Positions 1-7,092 of a DNA stretch of 64,000 nt are shown here, piece by piece (position 1 is the first letter of the stretch; every line of letters begins with the position of its first letter). Source of the DNA: Myxococcales bacterium (GTDB taxonomy: Bacteria; Desulfobacterota; Binatia; HRBIN30); assembly GCA_037445065.1 (NCBI GenBank), contig JBBILD010000003.1, positions 1 through 64,000 on the forward strand, written 5' to 3'. The notes below the pieces were generated by a model, which was not told the DNA's origin, ran no database searches, and saw only the letters and a program-made list of their open reading frames with translations. The position numbers and the translations under genes were made by a program.

Positions 1-282
1 GCGCTTCTGGCACTTGTCAATGGCCGCGAAGCTTGCGCTGCTCCACAAGAAAGCCAGCGCAAGCGGAACGAGAAACTCAGATCTGGGCATTTTCTCACCC
101 CCTGAAAGAACTTGCGTTCGCCGTGCGATCGCTCCCGGCCTCCCCTAGCCGGCAGGGACGCGGCAATTATTCCGGAAAGGCCGCACCCATTGTCAAGTCC
201 GTTCGCGGTGAGCGGAGCCTGGTGAATGGCGAATGGGCGTGGCGCACGGACAACGTGGTACGATGTCCCGCCGCCGATGCGG

Positions 283-329
283 CATCCCGTCGGATTCGGA
301 ACACGGGCAGGCACAAGGCCTGCCCCTAC
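283..329. repeat. Right arm of REP/REPIN-like element (GGGCAGGC-ACAAG-GCCTGCCC-CTAC)
   Basis: Palindrome 305-325 followed by CTAC (GTAG on the minus strand); near-identical to 19132-19169; repeated directly, degenerate, at 551-597 (offset 268 bp). Confidence 0.8.
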
Positions 330-430
330 ATTTCCTCGATCTTTGCTGCGGCATCGGACGAAACGCGGCCGGCATCCGGTCCCACGCCCACGCCTGCGCG
401 GTGACATGCACGCCGGAACCAGCAGAAAAT

Positions 431-597
431 GTAGGGGCGGCCCTTGTGGCCGCCCGTGGTGCGATTTGGCAGGCGTGGTCCGGTCGTGCGCACCGTGGTG
501 CCGACAAGGGAGCTGGCGTGCACGGTGCAGCGCACGCCGCCCGATTTGCGCATTCCATCGGATTCGAAACGCTGGCAGGCCCAAGGCCTGCCCGTGC
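431..597. repeat. REPIN-like element: two inward-facing GTAG-REP palindromes about 165 bp apart
   Basis: Left arm GTAG-GGGCGGCC-CTTGT-GGCCGCCC-GTG (431-458); degenerate right arm 573-597; internal GGTCCGGTCGTGC shared with the copy at 19010-19160. Confidence 0.75.
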
Positions 598-719
598 GTT
601 GCAAACCGCTGCGTCGGGCAAAAACACGCACGCCGGGGCGGCCGTGATGGTCGTCCCGGCGTGTGGGTGGGGGGGTGCCGTGCTGTGCGTTTGGCTCTTG
701 CTTCCTGGCGGCTCTGGCC

Positions 720-3700
720 TCAGGGCACGCAGCTCAAGCGCAGCATGGTACGCTTGCCCTTGGGCCGCGGGAAGCTGCCATCCTTGGCCACCGTGCGGAT
801 CGCAAGCCGCCGCTTGGCGCGGTCCTTGACCGTCTGGATCACAAACGTCTTCATCTTCAGCGGCTGGCTGCAGAAGTTCTTCTGCGGCGCGGTCAGCGGA
901 ATCCCCTTGCTGTAACCCGCACCCGGATCCTGCGGGTCCAAAAGCTGCGTGAGCGCGGTGCTCACCTTGGCAATGTTGGCCACCGCCTCCGGCCCGATGA
1001 TCGGCGTGCTCGCCACCTTGAGCGGCACGGGCTTGACCAGCACGCTCGACACCCCCGTGCCCGGCTGCACGCAGGCCGGAATGGAGGCATCGGTGGTGTT
1101 CAAGCACAGGGCCACCGTAAACTCGCACACCCCAAGGGTCGGATCGCTGTCGCAGGTGGGGTCGTTGTCGCGGCAGACCTGGTCCCGATCCGGTAGCCCG
1201 AACTTGTCCACCGGGTTGTTCGGGTTGGCCACGTACCACTCCAGCAGGCAGCCGTACTTGTCCTTGAGCGGATTGCTGCGGCTGGCGCGCACCAGCGGCG
1301 AGCTGGTGTACTTGCAGTCCTGCCCAGGCCCCGACGGACAGTCATCCAGCGCCAGGTCCTGATTGCCATCGTCGCACTGCTCGCCCACATCCGGCAGCCC
1401 ATTGCCGCAGCAGTTCGGGCGCACCTCCGGCACGCACAGCCCCGAGCGGCATGCATTGAGGCAGGTGTTGCCGTTTGTCCCCGCGCAGCCGTCCCCCTCG
1501 TTGAGCGTCACGTCCGCCGGGCAGGCCACCCCCGTACCCGTGCAGTACTCCGCCACATCGCAGGTGCCGTCGGCCGCCGCGCGGCAGACCACCGTGCTCG
1601 GCTGGAACTGATCCGGCGGACACTGCGCACTCACTCCGTCGCACGCCTCGGCCACATCGCACACCCCCGCCGAAGCCCGACACTGCGTGCCGCTCGCCAA
1701 CACCTGGTCCGAGGGACAGTCGTTGCTCACCCCGTCGCACACCTCGGCCACATCGCAATCCCCATCCACTGCCCGGCACACATCGCCCAGCTTTTTCTGG
1801 TCGGCCGGGCAGTTCTTGCTGGCCCCGTCGCAAAAGTCGTCCGCATCGCACACCCCTGCGGCCGGGCGGCAGACCACCGTGTCCGGCGCCACCGCATCGG
1901 CCGGACACTGCGGGTTGACCCCATCGCAAAACTCCGCCACGTCGCACACCCCGCTTGCCGCACGGCACAGCTCGGTGGCAGCCTTGACCTGATCCGCAGG
2001 ACACGTGGGGCTCACCCCATCGCAAAACTCCGTGAGGTCACACGCCCCCACTGCATTGCGGCACACTTGCGTGCTCGGCGCCCGCTGGTCCGCAGGGCAG
2101 TCCACCCCCGTGCCCGCACAAAACTCCGCCACATCGCACGGACCCGCCGCTGCCCGGCACTCCACCGACGCCCCCGCAAAGCTGTCGCTCGGACACTGCG
2201 GCCCTACCCCCGTGCACAACTCCTCCACATCGCACACCCCAGCCGAAGGCCGGCAGACCACCGTGTTGCCCTTGAACTCATCGGCCGGACACGCCTTCGA
2301 CTCCCCGTCGCAGCTCTCCGGCTCGTCGCACGCCCCGGCCACCCCACGGCACACAAACCCAGCCGCACGCACCCCATCCGCAGGGCAGTTCACGCTCGTA
2401 CCCGTGCACGTCTCCGCCACATCGCACGCGCCCGTGGCCGCACGACACTCCGTGGAAGCCGAGGCAAGTTGGTCGGCAGGACAGTTCGGCCCCGTGCCCG
2501 TGCACGTCTCCGCCACATCGCACACCCCAGCCGCTGAGCGGCACACAAAGGTGTTCGGCCGGAAGCCATCTGCCGGACAGCTATCCGAGTTGCCGCTGCA
2601 CGTCTCTGCCACATCGCATACATCCACCGCCGCACGGCAGACCGTGCCGGCCGCCTTCTTCGCATCCGCCGGGCAGGAAGCCGCCGTGCCCGTGCAGTTC
2701 TCAGCCTGGTCGCACTCGCCCGCTGCTGGCCGGCAGACCACGCTCGAAGGCTGAAAATTGTTGGGCGGGCAGTCGTTGCTCACCCCGTCGCAGCTCTCCG
2801 CCACGTCGCACACCCCGCCCGCAGGCCGGCACACCGCCGTGCTCTTCTGGTCCACCGGACACACCGGGCTCGTGCCCGTGCAGAATTCCGCCAGGTCGCA
2901 GTCACCCGCGGAGGGGCGGCACTCCGTCGTTGGAGGTAGCACGGCATCGGGCGGGCAAGTTGGATTGAAGCCATCGCAGAAGTCCACCACATCGCAGCTT
3001 CCCTGCAATGGGCGACACACCTCCGAGGCGGGCTTGATCGGGTGCTGGCAGGTGTCGTTTACCCCATCGCAGCGATCGAAGGTGCAGGGGAGGCCATCGT
3101 CGGAACAAGCCGTACCGTTGGGCTGTTTGGCGTCCCCTGGGCAGGTGGCTGCGGTTCCCGAGCACACTTCGGCTGGGTCACACTCGCCAGCAGAGGCGCG
3201 GCACACCGAGCCGTTCGCACGGAACTGGCACTGCGCGGTGCAGCAGGTGCTGCTGCTCCCGTTACCGCCCGCCAAGTCGCACTGCTCCTTGGTTTCGATG
3301 ATGCCGTTACCACAGATGGGAAGGGGCGCCGCAGAGAAACCCATGGCCGGGCGGTTGTCGTCGAGCACCTTGCCGTTGAAGGTGAGCGGGTACGCGGTGG
3401 CGCTCGACCCGCCTGCGGTCTGAAAGCCAATCGTGGCTCCTTGACCGTTCGCGTTGTTATTTGCAGAGCGGAACTTCACGTGAATCGCGTTCGAGCGCTC
3501 GTGGATCTGCACTTGGAACTGAAGGGCGTAGCTGCCGGTGAACGTTTGGACGTCGTAGTCGACCACAAACGTCCGGTTGCCTGTGCTGCCGACGGTCCCG
3601 TAGCGCACGTGATTGCCGGTGGTGACCAAGTCGTCCCAGTACGCGGCCAGGAAGGGGTTCGTGTGCGATGCGTCGGGCAGGGCGCGGTTGTTCAAGTCGG

Positions 3701-5252
3701 CAGTGCCCTGCGTGTTGCCGCCGAATTCGAGCCAACCGTTGGTGGAGATGGCCACCGTCGAGTAATCCACGCCGTCGATACGCACCGCAAAGGGGAGCGT
3801 GGCGGTGGCAACCACGTCATCGCCGGAGAGCGTTTGCAGGCCCGGGATGTTGGTCGCATTGATGTCGTCCGGGCTGTGCGCCATGCCGGCGTGCAACGAC
3901 ATGGCTCCGAGTGCCTTGGGGTGAACGGACCATCCTTCCTCGTTGATCTGATTGTCGTCGAGGATCTTGCCGTTACAGGTGAGGGGGTAAGCCACTGCCG
4001 AACTTCCACCCGCGCCCTGGAAACCGATGGTCGCGCTCTGCCCGTTGGCGGCAAACTGGGCCGTGTAGTAGCGCACAGAAATCAAGCTGGACGTTTCGTG
4101 AATCTGTACTTGAGCGAACACGTCGGCGCCGCCGGAAACCGTTTCTATTTGGAAATCCACGATGAAGGTACGGTTCGGCGACGCCCCCACGGTGCCGTAC
4201 CGAATGGCGCTCGACACCGTCTGCATATCGTCCCAGTACACGGCCAAGAAGGGATTGCTGTGGTTGGCTGCCGGCAGGCAGGTGTTGTTCGGGTCGGAGG
4301 AGCCCGAAGTGTTGCCGCCAAACTCGATCCAGCCGTTGGTGGAAATGGAGAGAACGCTCCAGTTCTGTCCCTCGATATTGACCGAAAAGGGCATGCTGGT
4401 GCTCACCACTGAGTCGTTACCGGTTAGAGTGGCGAATCCACTGATGTCGTCCGGGCTATGGGCATTGAGCGCGCCGAGTGTCACCAAGCCAGGGCGGCCC
4501 ACGTCCACCGACCAACTCTCGTTGTCGGCATTGTCGTCGAGGATCTTGCCGTTGCAGGTAAGCGGCTGGGCTTCGGCACTCGCGCCCCCGGCGGTCTGAA
4601 AGCCGATGGTGGCGCTCTGGCCGTTGGCCAAGTGCCCGGAGTCACGATACTGCACGTTGATCGCGTTCGAGGTCTCGTGCAGCTGGATTTGAAACCGGAT
4701 GTCGTCGGCAGCGTTGTTCTCGACACCCGGGTCCACGTCCACCTCGTAATCCACAATGAATGTGCGGTTCGGTGCCGTGCCCACGGTGCCGTAGCGGATG
4801 TGCGTCCCGAAGGTCTGCAAGTCGTCCCAATAGGCAGCCAGGAAGGGGTTCGTATGCTTCGAGGTCGGTAAACACGTATTGCCCGGATCGGAGTTATTCG
4901 TGCCGCAACCGCTCGTGCAGGTGTTGCCGCCGAACTCGATCCAGCCATTGGTGGAGATGGCAACCGAGTTGTATGCCGTGCCCTGGATCACGAACGAAAA
5001 CGGCAGGGTCACGGCCGCCACGTTGTCGTTGCCGCTGAGGGTAGCAAAGCCACTGATGTCGTCCGGGCTGTGCGCCATGCGCGCGGCAATGGACACGCCG
5101 GCCTCGGCGCGCAGCGCTCCGATGGCGGCAAGGGTCAGGGATGCTAGCAGGATGCGGCGCAGGGAAATGCGGTCTGCGTGCTTGCATCGGAGTTCGCGGG
5201 AACCAATGAACCCCGTTTGCTTCCAGCCACTGCTCTCGATCGTGCTCGTCAT
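720..5252 (-). CDS. Large secreted Cys-rich protein: 3 NIDO-like domains, 17 disintegrin-like repeats, myxococcal Cys-rich motif (1510 aa)
   Basis: ATG at 5252 after a GGAGGGAAGG SD; hydrophobic signal (RRILLASLTLAAIGALRAEA); three AHSPDD...ISTNGW.EFG...FLA.YWDD units; CRxxxGxCDxxExCxGxxxxCPxD repeats; CGNG...EQCDDGN. Confidence 0.85.
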   Translation of the reverse strand: MTSTIESSGWKQTGFIGSRELRCKHADRISLRRILLASLTLAAIGALRAEAGVSIAARMAHSPDDISGFATLSGNDNVAAVTLPFSFVIQGTAYNSVAISTNGWIEFGGNTCTSGCGTNNSDPGNTCLPTSKHTNPFLAAYWDDLQTFGTHIRYGTVGTAPNRTFIVDYEVDVDPGVENNAADDIRFQIQLHETSNAINVQYRDSGHLANGQSATIGFQTAGGASAEAQPLTCNGKILDDNADNESWSVDVGRPGLVTLGALNAHSPDDISGFATLTGNDSVVSTSMPFSVNIEGQNWSVLSISTNGWIEFGGNTSGSSDPNNTCLPAANHSNPFLAVYWDDMQTVSSAIRYGTVGASPNRTFIVDFQIETVSGGADVFAQVQIHETSSLISVRYYTAQFAANGQSATIGFQGAGGSSAVAYPLTCNGKILDDNQINEEGWSVHPKALGAMSLHAGMAHSPDDINATNIPGLQTLSGDDVVATATLPFAVRIDGVDYSTVAISTNGWLEFGGNTQGTADLNNRALPDASHTNPFLAAYWDDLVTTGNHVRYGTVGSTGNRTFVVDYDVQTFTGSYALQFQVQIHERSNAIHVKFRSANNNANGQGATIGFQTAGGSSATAYPLTFNGKVLDDNRPAMGFSAAPLPICGNGIIETKEQCDLAGGNGSSSTCCTAQCQFRANGSVCRASAGECDPAEVCSGTAATCPGDAKQPNGTACSDDGLPCTFDRCDGVNDTCQHPIKPASEVCRPLQGSCDVVDFCDGFNPTCPPDAVLPPTTECRPSAGDCDLAEFCTGTSPVCPVDQKSTAVCRPAGGVCDVAESCDGVSNDCPPNNFQPSSVVCRPAAGECDQAENCTGTAASCPADAKKAAGTVCRAAVDVCDVAETCSGNSDSCPADGFRPNTFVCRSAAGVCDVAETCTGTGPNCPADQLASASTECRAATGACDVAETCTGTSVNCPADGVRAAGFVCRGVAGACDEPESCDGESKACPADEFKGNTVVCRPSAGVCDVEELCTGVGPQCPSDSFAGASVECRAAAGPCDVAEFCAGTGVDCPADQRAPSTQVCRNAVGACDLTEFCDGVSPTCPADQVKAATELCRAASGVCDVAEFCDGVNPQCPADAVAPDTVVCRPAAGVCDADDFCDGASKNCPADQKKLGDVCRAVDGDCDVAEVCDGVSNDCPSDQVLASGTQCRASAGVCDVAEACDGVSAQCPPDQFQPSTVVCRAAADGTCDVAEYCTGTGVACPADVTLNEGDGCAGTNGNTCLNACRSGLCVPEVRPNCCGNGLPDVGEQCDDGNQDLALDDCPSGPGQDCKYTSSPLVRASRSNPLKDKYGCLLEWYVANPNNPVDKFGLPDRDQVCRDNDPTCDSDPTLGVCEFTVALCLNTTDASIPACVQPGTGVSSVLVKPVPLKVASTPIIGPEAVANIAKVSTALTQLLDPQDPGAGYSKGIPLTAPQKNFCSQPLKMKTFVIQTVKDRAKRRLAIRTVAKDGSFPRPKGKRTMLRLSCVP
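1515..3210 (-). repeat. Intragenic tandem repeat, period about 99 bp (33 aa), encoding disintegrin-like modules
   Basis: Recurrent ccacatcgcacaccc-type motif on the + strand; 17 copies counted in the translation. Confidence 0.85.
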
Positions 5253-5495
5253 GCCTTCCCTCCCCGAGCCGTGCCAGGATCTCGAACACCCGACAGCAAG
5301 CGCTAGCTTTACCACAGCACCTGCACCGTTTGTCAACACAGACGCTGGGAGGATCCTATCGCCTCCTCCAGGACGCCTCCCGGCAATCTGCGTGGCTCGG
5401 TGTCAACCGGGAGAAGCGTGCGATAACGGGCGAATGGCCGATAACGCGTCCGGCAGGTTTTGCTGTAATCGCGAGCATGGCCGCTGCGGGGATAG

Positions 5496-5635
5496 GTAGG
5501 GGCGGCCCCTGGGGCCGCCCGTGGTGTTACTGACAGGGTATGTCGGTCGCGCGCGCTCGTACCGGGACGCGCCGCTGGCGGCGACGCGGTCGCAGTGCCA
5601 CGCTGCCACGGCACAGGCACACAGGCCCGTTCCAC
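5496..5635. repeat. REPIN-like element copy
   Basis: GTAG-GGGCGGCC-CCTGG-GGCCGCCC-GTGGTG at 5496-5526; degenerate right arm cacggcacaggcacacaggcccgttccac at 5607-5635. Confidence 0.65.
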
Positions 5636-5877
5636 GGGCCAGCGCTGAACGCGTTGCCCAAGACAGCGCTGAATTGGCACTGTGCGCCTAGGAAGGGAAG
5701 CTCAGCGCGCCCCGACGTCTCGCTGCTGCCCGCAACGCGTTGTCCCACGCGCTGGAGCCTACCATCGAACAACCACGCGATTGCACGCTTCGTGCCGATT
5801 CTGGTTCGCGCAAGCGTCGAGCGCGCCGGCGCCTGCGGGCTTATGGTTAGCGGCGAGGGCTGTCTGCCTGCAGTCCC

Positions 5878-6798
5878 TCAGTGGGGCGCGCCAATGGTAT
5901 TTCCCTCGAGCAGTGGTGGCAGTGACTCCTGGCAGAGGCGCATGAAGGCTTTGACCGCCTGCGTTCGGTGCTGCGCCGACGGCAGAGCGAGTGCCCAACG
6001 GCGGACCAGGCCATTCTTTCCGATTGGTCGCATGCACAGGCGCCCGCTGGCGTGCTCTGCAGTGACTGCCCAGCGCGGCACAATGGCGACACCGAGACCG
6101 GCACACACCATTTCCACCACGGCTTCGAGTTGGTCCATTTCCATGGCGATCCGCGGCAGGACCCCGGCCTCCAGCAACGTACGCTCGATCAAGTGGTAGG
6201 CCTGCGTGCGCCGCTCGTAGACGAGCAGCGGCTCGCCCGCAAAGTCGGCGGCTTGTATACGGCGCCGCTCGCTCCAGGCGTGCCCTGGTGGAGCGATTGC
6301 CACCAGCTCGTCGTTGCCGAGTTCGCTCAGGCTAAGTTTCGGCTCGGCAAGAGGGAGGGTGACCAGTCCTACGTCCAGTTCGCCCGCTAGCAGGCGCTCC
6401 ACCGTGTGCGCGGTGGGCCCGCTGGTGACCCGCAGTTCCACGCGCGGGAAGCGCCGGCAGAACTCGCGCAAGACAGGAGGCAGCAAAAAGTGACATGCCG
6501 CTCCCCCCGCGCCAATGCGCAAGAGTCCGCGCGGCGACGACTCGAGATCGGCGAGCACCCGCTCGGCTTCTTCGATCTTGCGCAGGATTTGCCGCGCGTA
6601 CTGCAGTAACAGGTCTCCCGCCGGAGTGGGCCGCGCGCCGCTACCGGAGCGGGTTAGGATCGGCACTCCGAGCTGCTTCTCGAGCGCACGGATCTGCTGG
6701 CTGATCGCCGACTGGCTGATGCCGAGCCGCCGCCCGGCACGCGTGAAGCTCTGCAAATCCACGATGGTGACGAACGTGCGTAAATGTTTGGCGTCCAT
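5878..6798 (-). CDS. LysR-family transcriptional regulator
   Basis: N-terminal HTH (LRTFVTIVDLQSFTRAGRRLGISQSAISQQIRALE) plus substrate-binding domain; GGAGG SD; the upstream part of the 724-aa ORF is antisense to nirB and is discounted. Confidence 0.92.
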   Translation of the reverse strand: MDAKHLRTFVTIVDLQSFTRAGRRLGISQSAISQQIRALEKQLGVPILTRSGSGARPTPAGDLLLQYARQILRKIEEAERVLADLESSPRGLLRIGAGGAACHFLLPPVLREFCRRFPRVELRVTSGPTAHTVERLLAGELDVGLVTLPLAEPKLSLSELGNDELVAIAPPGHAWSERRRIQAADFAGEPLLVYERRTQAYHLIERTLLEAGVLPRIAMEMDQLEAVVEMVCAGLGVAIVPRWAVTAEHASGRLCMRPIGKNGLVRRWALALPSAQHRTQAVKAFMRLCQESLPPLLEGNTIGAPH

Positions 6799-6984
6799 GG
6801 CAATCGCTTCCTCCGATGTGAGACTTCGTGTTTTCTGATCGCGCTCCGCCCTGACTGACTGCGCACCAAGTGGGCAGTGCGCTGCCTCCTTGCCCGCGCG
6901 CGCAGCACAGGCCGGCCTGGCGAGCTGCCGGCCCGGGAGATGCGCGCATGCGGAGCGAATGCGGGAAAATCGCGCCCACACGCG

Positions 6985-6998
6985 GGCACAACCCTTGC
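6985..6998 (+). promoter_or_regulatory. Putative sigma-54 (-24/-12) promoter of the nitrate-assimilation operon
   Basis: GGCACAACCCTTGC matches the GGCAC-N5-TTGC consensus with exact GG-N10-GC spacing, about 95 bp upstream of nirB. Confidence 0.7.
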
Positions 6999-7092
6999 GA
7001 TTTCCCGCTGCCGATTTCCGGAAAGCAAACGTTCGAGCGGCACGATGAACGAAATAAGCAGCAGCGATGCCAGGGAAAGCGGAGCGAAGAAG

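Noticed and set aside
1515..3210. Regular ~99-bp repeats that might suggest a CRISPR array
   Set aside because: The repeats are degenerate at codon third positions, lie in frame within a CDS, have no unique-spacer structure, and no cas genes are present.
193..5038. Many long alternative-frame and antisense ORFs over the Cys-rich gene (e.g. 3042-4412 +, 2005-2754 +)
   Set aside because: Shadow ORFs caused by high GC and repeat periodicity; no protein motifs.
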